Source: Methanothermobacter marburgensis str. Marburg (GTDB lineage Archaea > Methanobacteriota > Methanobacteria > Methanobacteriales > Methanothermobacteraceae). From it: DNA of 32,000 nt. Of the stretch, positions 24,965 through 32,000 are shown one piece after another; positions within the stretch are counted from its first letter, which is position 1, and each line of letters begins with the position of its first letter. A program made the position numbers and the translations under genes. The DNA lies in the NCBI RefSeq assembly GCF_000145295.1, contig NC_014408.1:1350001-1382000 (forward strand), read 5' to 3'. The notes under the pieces were generated by a model. The model was not told where the DNA came from. It was given only the letters and a program-made list of their open reading frames with translations, and ran no database searches.

Positions 24965-24980
24965 ATCACCTCAAGGTGAT
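24965..24980 (-). promoter_or_regulatory. 16-nt palindrome ATCACCT-TG-AGGTGAT containing the cbiM-like SD sequence
   Basis: The minus-strand mRNA sense reads atcaccttGAGGTGATggtgaATG. An AT-rich TATA-like tract (attatatta) lies immediately upstream at 24981-24989. Confidence 0.3.
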
Positions 24981-25131
24981 AATATAATATGAATACATAA
25001 AAAAGTATTCCTGGTTCTCTCATCTAGAGTCTGGGGTTAAGAAAAAACAGATGCCCCCCCGACCTTCCCTCAGTTAAAGAGCCTATGTCAAGAAAAAACT
25101 ATAATAAGCCTCCAGTGTGAGGTACAGCCCT

Positions 25132-25803
25132 CTATTCAAGGTATTCTGTGGGATCATCAACACCTGCAAGTTTGAAGGCCCTCCTCCTCCTCATACAGGA
25201 CTCGCAGACACCACAGTGAACCTCACCTCCACTGTAACATGAGTAGGTCAACTCAAAGGGCAGACCCACAGCAGAACCAACCTCAACGATCTCCCTCTTG
25301 GTCATACCTATGAGTGGCGCCCTCACCTCAACACCCCGCAGCGTGCCTATACCCAGAAGCCTGTTGAACGCATCAAGAAACTCTGCAGAGTTGTCGGGAA
25401 AGGTCTCGGCCTCCTCAAGGTCCCACCCCACTATAACTGCATCCGCATCCAGGGCCTCTGCAAAGGAAACGCCAATAGCTGTGAAGACTATGTTCCTCCC
25501 GGGTACCCAGACCCTCCTTGCCGTCTCAAGGCACTCCTCCCTGTCATCAAGATCTGCTGGTGAGGGTATCTCACCCCCCGCTGTGAGGGCGGAACCCCCA
25601 AGTCTTCCAAGCCAGGGGAGTTCAATTGTTGTATGCTCAATGCCAAGGTGCTTCGCAAGTTTTCTGGCGTGTTCAATCTCCATGGCGGCACTTCTCTGGC
25701 CGTAATCGAATGTTAAAGCGTGGATCTCATATTCAGATGCTAGCAGTGCTGTTGCAACTGCAGAGTCCATGCCAGCTGATAGTATGCTGATCGCACTACT
25801 CAT
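25132..25803 (-). CDS. queC: 7-cyano-7-deazaguanine synthase (QueC), PP-loop ATPase
   Basis: 223 aa. It has a PP-loop variant LSAGMDSAV and the C-terminal Zn motif CYSGGEVHCGVCESCMRRRRAF. Confidence 0.85.
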   Translation of the reverse strand: MSSAISILSAGMDSAVATALLASEYEIHALTFDYGQRSAAMEIEHARKLAKHLGIEHTTIELPWLGRLGGSALTAGGEIPSPADLDDREECLETARRVWVPGRNIVFTAIGVSFAEALDADAVIVGWDLEEAETFPDNSAEFLDAFNRLLGIGTLRGVEVRAPLIGMTKREIVEVGSAVGLPFELTYSCYSGGEVHCGVCESCMRRRRAFKLAGVDDPTEYLE

Positions 25804-25872
25804 CAGAAGCCTCCCTATGTTCTACCCGTATTCCTATTGACATTCTCATCTCAGGTTTCCCCCATCTCATAA

Positions 25873-27084
25873 TTATTCTTTATCCTTATCCTTCATGAAA
25901 TCTCTGAACTGTTTCTCGGCCATTTCCATGACATCCCTGAGGGGTACCCCTGTTTCAAGTGATATCCTCCTTGCATCCTCGTATTCTATCCTTGCATTCA
26001 CAACCCTTGATCCAAGGAGGCCCACCTTGAACCTGGCCCTTCTTCTCCCCTTTATATCAACCTCGGCCTCCATGATTCTCCTCTCAAGGACGCCCCTGTG
26101 AACCTGGGGGAATATCCTCACACCAAGGGTTCCTGTCTCAGAGAACAGGTGCTTGAGTATCATTTCATGGTCATTCTCCCTGCATATTACCCTTATTAGC
26201 TGTCCTGGACGGTTTTTCTTCATTATAACCGGTGTGAGTGTAACGTCAAGGGCACCTGCATCCATGAGGCTCTCGAAGAGGTTGCCCAGGACCTCACCGC
26301 TGAGGTGATCCACATTGGTCTCAAGTAACGTTACTGTGTCATGGTGCACAGCCTCTGAGCCCCTCACCACCCTCAGAACATTAGGGAAGTCTGGATCCAT
26401 GTCCCCTGCACCGTAACCTGTGGCCTGGATCTCCATTGGAGGGTAGAACCTCCTGTATTCCCTCACCATGTTAACAAGGAGCGCGGCGCCTGTGGGTGTT
26501 GCAAGCTCCAGCTCAACCGGGCCTCCGGTCACAGGAAACCCCCTGAGTATCTCAACAGTGGCCGGTGCAGGGAGAGGTATCTTTCCATGGGCACCGCTCA
26601 CTGTCCCTCCCCCAAGCGCCACAGGTAATGTGTAGACGGTATCCCTGTGAAGGTTGAGGTCAAAATAGGCAAATACCGTCCCCAGGACATCTGCAACTGC
26701 ATCTGCAGCTCCAACCTCATGGAAGTGGACCTCATCCAGTTTCAAACCATGCACCGTGGCCTCTGCCTGTGCCATGGTATGGAAGACTGCCCTTGCCATT
26801 GATAGCATCTCCCCATCAATTGAGGGGTTATCTATCCTCTCAAGGCGTTTTAAAAATTCCATGTAGCCTATGCTTAGGGATTCGTCTGTCCTCACATCCA
26901 CATGGGTTGCCCGGAGGCCTGACCTCTTAACCTCTGACACCTCCACGCTGGCCCCGCCAAAGTGGGATGCTGCCTCCTCCATGACCTCCGCTGTACGCTC
27001 AGGGTGGGCCCCCAGGTCTATGAGGGCCCCCACCATCATGTTACCTGATACCCCTGCAAGCTGGGGGTCTATGACCGTTACCAT
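25873..27084 (-). CDS. larC: LarC-family nickel insertion protein (DUF111)
   Basis: 403 aa. The N-terminus VIDPQLAGVSGNMMVGALIDLGA and the HFHEVGAADAVADV motif are typical of LarC. Confidence 0.85.
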   Translation of the reverse strand: MVTVIDPQLAGVSGNMMVGALIDLGAHPERTAEVMEEAASHFGGASVEVSEVKRSGLRATHVDVRTDESLSIGYMEFLKRLERIDNPSIDGEMLSMARAVFHTMAQAEATVHGLKLDEVHFHEVGAADAVADVLGTVFAYFDLNLHRDTVYTLPVALGGGTVSGAHGKIPLPAPATVEILRGFPVTGGPVELELATPTGAALLVNMVREYRRFYPPMEIQATGYGAGDMDPDFPNVLRVVRGSEAVHHDTVTLLETNVDHLSGEVLGNLFESLMDAGALDVTLTPVIMKKNRPGQLIRVICRENDHEMILKHLFSETGTLGVRIFPQVHRGVLERRIMEAEVDIKGRRRARFKVGLLGSRVVNARIEYEDARRISLETGVPLRDVMEMAEKQFRDFMKDKDKE

Positions 27085-27100
27085 TCAAGCACCGTTCGGA

Positions 27101-27433
27101 TCACTCTGGTGGTGAATTGACTATTATTCTCCTTATGGGTATCTCTATTATGGTGTACTTCTCATCACCAAGTTCCCTGCTGAACCTCGCCACTATGGGG
27201 TCAACGAGCTCCTCGTCAACCACCGAGCATACCAGGACCGCGTCCCTTGCATAGTCATGTATGAGTGAGATTGCTGATTTGGGGTCCTCCTTGATTGAGA
27301 ATCCCTTCCACTCTGTTGGGGAGACACCCTTGTATTCAACTATGTAGAAACCTGTGACGCCCTCATCTGCCAGTATGTTCATGACGCGACCAAGGTTCTC
27401 AACCTCCACGAATACCCGTAGATGCACCTTCAT
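27101..27433 (-). CDS. Small alpha/beta protein, P-II/ACT-like fold guess, uncharacterised
   Basis: The true CDS is taken as the last 110 codons of the 277-aa ORF ([36 protein letters not shown]...). GGGTGAT and a TATA-like atatctatata lie directly upstream of the ATG at 27433. There is a 16-nt gap to larC. Confidence 0.7.
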   Translation of the reverse strand: MKVHLRVFVEVENLGRVMNILADEGVTGFYIVEYKGVSPTEWKGFSIKEDPKSAISLIHDYARDAVLVCSVVDEELVDPIVARFSRELGDEKYTIIEIPIRRIIVNSPPE

Positions 27434-27548
27434 TAATATCACCCTATATAGATATGTGGTGTGTAGATAATAAATCTGATGAGGAATAAAATGGTGCCGG
27501 TACCGGTGTCTGGATGATCCCGCTGAGAAAAGGTGCCTATATCTGAAG

Positions 27549-28391
27549 GTGAAACCCTTGAATGAAAAGTTAAATCTTAACGGTGCAGAAATTGTAATAG
27601 AATCTGATCTTGTGAGGGTGAGGGCAGAACCAGGCCTTGTAATTGCCTCCAGAACCATGAAAAAGTCCTCTGATGTTACCCTTGAGCTTTCAGGACCCCC
27701 TGAGGTTGCATGTGCCGGTAAAGTGCTCTCGGTATTCTCTGCTGGAGATTTCCCCCATGTAATTGTGGTTTGTGGGGAGCGGTGCGGTGACCGCATACCT
27801 GAAATCCTGCAGCTTGCTGTGAGTGAAGTAACATCAGCCCTGGGGTTACTCAGAGAAATCCTGGAGCCCCGGGTAACCGTGGTCTCCATGCCCGGTGATG
27901 ATGGATTCAGTGCGCCTGACCTGAGGAAGTCCATCAGGCTTTCATCTCAGAACATGCTCCTTGAGGGGCCTGGGGTTGAGGAACTCCTGGCGGGGCATGG
28001 TGTGACAGCTGATGCCATGATCGATGCTGGTATGGAGCTAGTGGTTGGGGTTGAGGTCACGGATGAACTGAGGGAGAGGCTGGGGTCAGAGATAAAACGT
28101 GCGCTGGGGGATCTGAACGTCCGCGTGCTCCTCGCCGCGGCACTGCATATTGAGGATGACATCAGAAGAAGGAGGATACTTGGAGTGGACCTGACAGATG
28201 ATCCCGCCTACCTCTACAGTGATGAGGTGATCGGGATGGCGGTTGCGAATCAGGTGGCCGGCACCAAGGCAATATTCAACTTCAAACGCTACGATGAGGA
28301 GAAACCCGGGGTGATAGGGGAACTCGGACCCATGGTGGATGATGCGGTGGCGGGGCTCATAGCAGGCTGCATGTCAAGGCTTTTTGAGTGA
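27549..28391 (+). CDS. PgpA-family phosphatase-like protein, candidate alpha-ribazole-5'-phosphate phosphatase (CobZ-like)
   Basis: 280 aa. The C-terminal half has PgpA-type motifs SDEVIGMAV and [14 protein letters not shown]. It sits immediately upstream of cobS. The start is GTG at 27549, or TTG at 27558 after GAAGGTG. Confidence 0.6.
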   Translation: MKPLNEKLNLNGAEIVIESDLVRVRAEPGLVIASRTMKKSSDVTLELSGPPEVACAGKVLSVFSAGDFPHVIVVCGERCGDRIPEILQLAVSEVTSALGLLREILEPRVTVVSMPGDDGFSAPDLRKSIRLSSQNMLLEGPGVEELLAGHGVTADAMIDAGMELVVGVEVTDELRERLGSEIKRALGDLNVRVLLAAALHIEDDIRRRRILGVDLTDDPAYLYSDEVIGMAVANQVAGTKAIFNFKRYDEEKPGVIGELGPMVDDAVAGLIAGCMSRLFE

Positions 28392-28403
28392 TGGTGGTTT
28401 TTA

Positions 28404-29147
28404 ATGGATTTTCTGAGGAAATTCGCTGGTCTCATATCATTTTCAACTGTCTTTCCTGTGGGTTCAGATGCCACCGTTGAGGAGGTGGCCTCCATCACAC
28501 TCCACTGGCCACTTGTTGGTGCCCTGATAGGGGCCGTTGTGGGTTCAGGAGGTCTTCTAGCGTCACTCATACTCCCCTATCCCGTGGTTGCCTGTGTCGC
28601 CTATGCCCTTGCCATATGGTTCACCGGCTTCCACCACCTTGATGGCCTCATAGACATGGGGGATGCCCTCATGTCCCATGGGAGTTTCGAGAGGAAGATA
28701 GAGATAATGAGGGATCCCCGTATCGGTACCGGTGGACTGGGACTTCTCATCATAGTCTCCTCACTGACAGTGGCATCAATATACTCCATTCCATCAGATA
28801 TCATATTCCAGGGCCTTTTAATTTCAGAGGTCTCTGCAAAGATATGCCTGACAGGCTGTGCACTGGTCTCAAGGCCCCTGGACAGTGGTACGGGAAGGCA
28901 CTTCATAGCTGCAGCCAGGAGCCCCCTGATCGCCCCTGTGTGGGTTATCTGGTCAGCCGCAGCCTACCTTTTACTGGGGATCCCTGGAGCTGCTGGTGTT
29001 GCCGTGGCTGCTGCCTCTGGAGTATTCATGGGATTCACTGCAAGGAGAAACTTCTACTGGAGCACAGGTGATGTTCTTGGTGCCTCAAATGAGATTGGGA
29101 GGATGATGGGTCTCCTGGGAATTGTTGCAGCCATCCAGTTAACATGA
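28404..29147 (+). CDS. cobS: Adenosylcobinamide-GDP ribazoletransferase (cobalamin synthase)
   Basis: 247 aa, polytopic, with the motif [14 protein letters not shown]. Confidence 0.88.
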   Translation: MDFLRKFAGLISFSTVFPVGSDATVEEVASITLHWPLVGALIGAVVGSGGLLASLILPYPVVACVAYALAIWFTGFHHLDGLIDMGDALMSHGSFERKIEIMRDPRIGTGGLGLLIIVSSLTVASIYSIPSDIIFQGLLISEVSAKICLTGCALVSRPLDSGTGRHFIAAARSPLIAPVWVIWSAAAYLLLGIPGAAGVAVAAASGVFMGFTARRNFYWSTGDVLGASNEIGRMMGLLGIVAAIQLT

Positions 29148-29176
29148 TTATTATACTGATTTATGGAGGTCATATA

Positions 29177-29734
29177 ATGGATATCAGGGTTTTAAGGTTA
29201 GGTCACAGGAGGTCAAGGGATGCAAGGATCACAACACACGTGTGCCTCACCGCAAGGGCCTTTGGGGCATCTGAGGTTATACTGAGCGGTGAGGAGGACC
29301 CGAAACTCATGGAGGGCGTCGATGATGTTGTTAAGAGGTGGGGCGGACCCTTCAGGGTGGGTTACAGGAGAAACTGGCAGGGCGTCATTGAGTCCTGGAA
29401 GCAGATGGGTGGGGAGGTTGTGCACCTCACAATGTACGGGCTTCCTGCAAGGGACGTTATACCCGATTTAAGGGAAAGTCCAGCAGGTAAACTCGTGGTG
29501 GTTGGAGGTGCCAGGGTCCCCGGGAAGGTCTACAGGCTTGCAGATTACAATGTTGGGGTGACGAATCAGCCCCACTCGGAGGTTTCATCCCTCGCGGTCT
29601 TCCTCCACATGCTCCTTGATGGGGGCGAATTCGACCTCAAATTTGAGAACCCCATGATAGAGGTTGTGCCCCAGGCCCACGGAAAGAAGCTGATTGAGAG
29701 GGGAGGTGATATCAATGCTCAGGGTGATAGATAA
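29177..29734 (+). CDS. tRNA (cytidine56-2'-O)-methyltransferase aTrm56 (SPOUT)
   Basis: The ORF runs 29144..29734. I prefer the ATG at 29177 (MDIRVLRLGHRRSRDARITTHVCLTARAFGA), 7 nt after GGAGGT. Confidence 0.85.
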   Translation: MDIRVLRLGHRRSRDARITTHVCLTARAFGASEVILSGEEDPKLMEGVDDVVKRWGGPFRVGYRRNWQGVIESWKQMGGEVVHLTMYGLPARDVIPDLRESPAGKLVVVGGARVPGKVYRLADYNVGVTNQPHSEVSSLAVFLHMLLDGGEFDLKFENPMIEVVPQAHGKKLIERGGDINAQGDR

Positions 29735-30344
29735 CCTTGTTGTAAGGGAGATTCTAACAGGTATAAGGAGGAGGGGGATTGACCCCGCCGGTTTCAGGAA
29801 GGGGCTCTCTGATATAGGCCGTTACATGGCCTATGAATTCGCAGATACCCTCAGGTGGCGTAATGTTGATGTTGAAACGCCACTGGGGATTGCCTCAGGT
29901 GTTGAGATCACAGATAGAAGCAGAATCGTTGTGCTGAGCATCCTCAGGGCATCATTACCATTCACAGAGGGCGTTATGAGGGTCTTCCCTGAGGCAGAAC
30001 AGGGTATTGTAGGGGCCTGCAGGTCCGATGATCCCCCCTTCAATGTTTCAGTCGACTATCTGAGGGTTCCTGAACTGGATGGTAAGGTAATGGTAATAGC
30101 AGACCCCATGCTTGCAACCGGTAACACGATTATGGGGATACTTGAGGCTCTTGAGGCACACGGCACCCCTGAGAGGACCGTCCTCTTCAATGTTATATCC
30201 TCAAGGCCCGGCATTGAGAGGATCCTTGAAATGGATATGGAGGTCTACACCTGCAGTGTTGAGGATGAACTCAACGACAGGGGCTACATAGTCCCCGGGC
30301 TGGGGGATGCCGGGGACCTTGCATTCGGAAGACCATCAGAATAG
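29715..30344 (+). CDS. upp: Uracil phosphoribosyltransferase
   Basis: The ORF runs 29694..30344. I prefer the ATG at 29715, after GGAGGTGAT. It has the PRPP-binding motif VMVIADPMLATGNT and a C-terminal GYIVPGLGDAGD. Confidence 0.9.
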   Translation: MLRVIDNLVVREILTGIRRRGIDPAGFRKGLSDIGRYMAYEFADTLRWRNVDVETPLGIASGVEITDRSRIVVLSILRASLPFTEGVMRVFPEAEQGIVGACRSDDPPFNVSVDYLRVPELDGKVMVIADPMLATGNTIMGILEALEAHGTPERTVLFNVISSRPGIERILEMDMEVYTCSVEDELNDRGYIVPGLGDAGDLAFGRPSE

Positions 30345-30420
30345 ATAAAAATAGATGGCCATGGTGGTGCCAGTCACCTCCCACCACCTGAACAGCTAAC
30401 AATGAACCGATCAGGGACCA

Positions 30421-30580
30421 GCCACAATACCAGTACTCCAATGACAATACTGGGTGTGTGGGGACCTGCAAGGATCAGCTGCAAGGCCACAATACCAGTA
30501 CTCCAATGACAATACTGGGTGTGTGGGGACCTGCAAGGATCAGCTGCAAGGCCACAATACCAGTACTCCAATGACAATAC
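30421..30580. repeat. R-S-R-S-R array: 30-bp unit x3 separated by two identical 35-bp units (65-bp period)
   Basis: R is gccacaataccagtactccaatgacaatac at 30421-30450, 30486-30515 and 30551-30580. S is tgggtgtgtggggacctgcaaggatcagctgcaag at 30451-30485 and 30516-30550. All copies are perfect. The array sits in the convergent intergenic region between upp and fumarase beta. Confidence 0.97.
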
Positions 30581-30627
30581 CAGAATGAACCTATCACGGA
30601 CGAAGTAATGGCTGGATTAACTGATCA

Positions 30628-31134
30628 TCAATCGTGGACTGACCTTCCGCCGGCTGCCGCCACTATACCAGGTATCCCCTCAACCCTGAGCTCAAATATG
30701 GCCTCCATACCCTCCTCCTCGAATGCCGCGATTCTCCTTGATTTAATGCGGCTTGTGAGGAGTGCTGCAACAGGTGGTGTTACAATGAAAACCGCCCCAG
30801 CATCACCGAGTGCCCTGACGGTTTCATCCTTAAGTTTTCCCTTACCTATATGGACCAGCACCCCCCTTGATGCCAGGTAGGGCATGCTCTCCTCTATGTC
30901 CTCCTTGTTGCTGCTTGTGGGGGCTATCCCCGCCTGACTTACGGCCGTGTGCATTATCGCAGCACCCCTCACATCAAATGGCTCCTCACCCCTCTTAAGG
31001 GCATCCACAAGTTTAGGGAGCGCGGCATCCCTTCCAGTGTATATGATGCCATCTATGATAACACGGTCCCCGGGGCTGAGCCCCCCAAGTTCACCTCTGG
31101 TTGTGGGTGTAGATATCCTCATAATTACCACCAT
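30628..31134 (-). CDS. Class I fumarate hydratase / tartrate dehydratase beta subunit
   Basis: 168 aa. GIIYTGRDAALPKL, HIGKGK and AIFELRVEG fit the Fe-S hydrolyase beta-subunit pattern. Confidence 0.85.
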   Translation of the reverse strand: MVVIMRISTPTTRGELGGLSPGDRVIIDGIIYTGRDAALPKLVDALKRGEEPFDVRGAAIMHTAVSQAGIAPTSSNKEDIEESMPYLASRGVLVHIGKGKLKDETVRALGDAGAVFIVTPPVAALLTSRIKSRRIAAFEEEGMEAIFELRVEGIPGIVAAAGGRSVHD

Positions 31135-31180
31135 CCAGGATCCATTCTTTAACCAGCTGCAGATATCCTCATAATTACCA
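31111..31180. repeat. 20-bp perfect direct repeat (50-bp period) duplicating the fumarase-beta translation start region
   Basis: agatatcctcataattacca occurs at 31111-31130 and 31161-31180. Flanking similarity continues imperfectly (ccatccaggatcc versus tcaggaatcc). Confidence 0.9.
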
Positions 31181-31229
31181 TCAGGAATCCGCTTTAAGTT
31201 TCAGATCTTCAAGATCTGGTTTTAAATTC

Positions 31230-32000
31230 CTAAATAAGGGTTTTGAGATCATCAAGGAAGAGTTCAATGTGTTCCACCTTGATGTGGGGCATGACAACAA
31301 CCCTTATGGCTGGTGGGCATGCTGATACAGAGACAGCCCATCCCATCTCCTCAAGTCTGGAGGCAAGTTTCTCTGGACTCATGGATGGGTGATTGAATGC
31401 GACTATGTTGAGTTCCGGTTCAATTACCGGTTCATAGCCCAGATCCTTAAGGCCCTCATTCAACCTGGAGGTCACAGCCATCACCCTCAGAGCGAGTTCA
31501 CGGTAACCGCTGCGTCCCATGTGCCTGAGGACCGCCCATGTTGCAGCTGCAGAGGCCCCCGTCCTTGTGCCGACTATCGTTGACTGCTGCTTCTCTGTGA
31601 GGTAGGGGGTCTCTATGCTCATGGCATCGAGGTAGGTTTCGTCCCTGAAGAGTATGCAGCCACTTGGTATCGGGGCAAGGCCCATCTTATGGGGGTCTAT
31701 GGTGATGGATGAGACACCCGGTAGTTTAAAGTCAAATTCAGGGAGTTTGAAACCTGCATCCCTTAAGAAGGGTATTATGAATCCCCCGAATGCAGCGTCC
31801 ACATGGAGATGGACGCCCTCCTCAATGCAGATATCTGAGAGCTCCGCTATGGGGTCTATCCTCCCGAGTTCAGTGGTCCCTGCAACCCCAACGATGGCCA
31901 CGGTGTTATCTGATATCATCTCCCTGACAGACCCCACATCAACACGGTAGTCCCTGTCCAGCTCCGCCTCCCTGAGTTCAAGACCCATTATATCCGATGC
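31230..32000 (-). CDS. mfnA: L-tyrosine/L-aspartate decarboxylase MfnA (PLP-dependent), N-terminus beyond the window
   Basis: The PLP-lysine motif is [13 protein letters not shown]. The frame stays open from 31988 to 32000 (…ASDI before the listed Met), so the gene continues past the right edge. Confidence 0.85.
   Translation of the reverse strand, partial: ASDIMGLELREAELDRDYRVDVGSVREMISDNTVAIVGVAGTTELGRIDPIAELSDICIEEGVHLHVDAAFGGFIIPFLRDAGFKLPEFDFKLPGVSSITIDPHKMGLAPIPSGCILFRDETYLDAMSIETPYLTEKQQSTIVGTRTGASAAATWAVLRHMGRSGYRELALRVMAVTSRLNEGLKDLGYEPVIEPELNIVAFNHPSMSPEKLASRLEEMGWAVSVSACPPAIRVVVMPHIKVEHIELFLDDLKTLI

Noticed and set aside
25298-26101. Plus-strand ORFs inside queC and larC (25298..25705, 25895..26101), plus the overlapping minus-strand alternate-frame ORF 25488..25691 within queC
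   Set aside because: The two plus-strand ORFs are antisense to well-supported genes, and 25488..25691 is an alternate frame of queC. All three have shadow-frame composition.
27496-27505. 10-bp palindrome ccggtaccgg in the divergent promoter region between the P-II-like/larC genes and the cobZ-like/cobS genes
   Set aside because: It is a single short palindrome containing a KpnI-type site. There is no second copy or supporting context, so it is not distinguishable from chance.
27434-27934. N-terminal 167 codons of the 277-aa minus-strand ORF 27101..27934
   Set aside because: The extension is Ser/Thr/Arg-rich and low in complexity, and it is entirely antisense to the well-supported cobZ-like CDS. 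A GGGTGAT SD and a TATA-like box sit directly upstream of the internal ATG at 27433. The real gene is therefore taken as 27101..27433.
30271-30577. Two minus-strand ORFs (66 and 67 aa) with a repeated SLEYWYCG peptide
   Set aside because: The peptide repeat simply mirrors the 65-bp DNA repeat. There is no SD context, the ORFs overlap the upp 3' end, and they lie in a convergent intergenic region.
1-32000. Search by eye for tRNA/rRNA genes, cas genes, transposases, integrases and terminal inverted repeats of IS elements
   Set aside because: None were recognised. There are no T-loop GGTTCGAATC-type motifs outside coding context, no Cas-like or DDE/tyrosine-recombinase-like ORFs, and the island's mobility genes (if any) must lie left of the window.

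Overview
The window looks like a Methanothermobacter-type (Methanobacteriales) chromosome segment. This is inferred from gene content, GGAGGTGAT-type Shine-Dalgarno (SD) sites and the CRISPR repeat type. It has two parts. (1) Positions 1 to ~7440 are an AT-rich island, ~30-35% GC by hand count on sampled lines versus ~50% elsewhere. All its genes are on the minus strand: a small membrane/Zn-ribbon gene, then a complete type I R-M operon hsdM-hsdS-X-hsdR. X is a 286-aa HEPN-like gene in the position PrrC occupies in the E. coli prr locus. hsdR runs off the left edge and is missing from the ORF track. The island's right border is an orphan 2-repeat mini-CRISPR (30-nt repeats, 34-nt spacer), followed by a PD-(D/E)xK nuclease gene that appears to have lost its 5' end. 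(2) Positions 7.44-32 kb are densely packed core genes: an ABC-2 exporter pair, a kaiC-kaiB-MEDS/PAS histidine kinase operon, an MBL-rhodanese fusion, a PNPOx-like protein, DGGGP synthase, a polyprenol-kinase-like protein, a dTMP-kinase-like protein, an MBL-fold protein, myo-inositol-1-P synthase, ferredoxin, pycB, an orphan cbiM-like gene, queC, larC, a small P-II-like protein, cobZ-like, cobS, aTrm56, upp, fumarase beta and mfnA (partial). The most unusual signal is structural. Three non-CRISPR loci (8454-8551, 14149-14244, 30421-30580) consist of perfect 30-32 bp direct repeats separated by 34-36 bp inserts, giving periods of 66, 66 and 65 bp. That matches the repeat/spacer geometry of the genuine CRISPR remnant at 7237-7330 (period 64). 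Two of them duplicate gene 3' ends around AT-rich inserts. I interpret them as candidate off-target Cas1-Cas2 spacer integrations (neo-CRISPR-like scars). This is an inference and needs comparative and genome-wide checks. No tRNA, rRNA, cas, transposase or integrase genes were recognised in the window.
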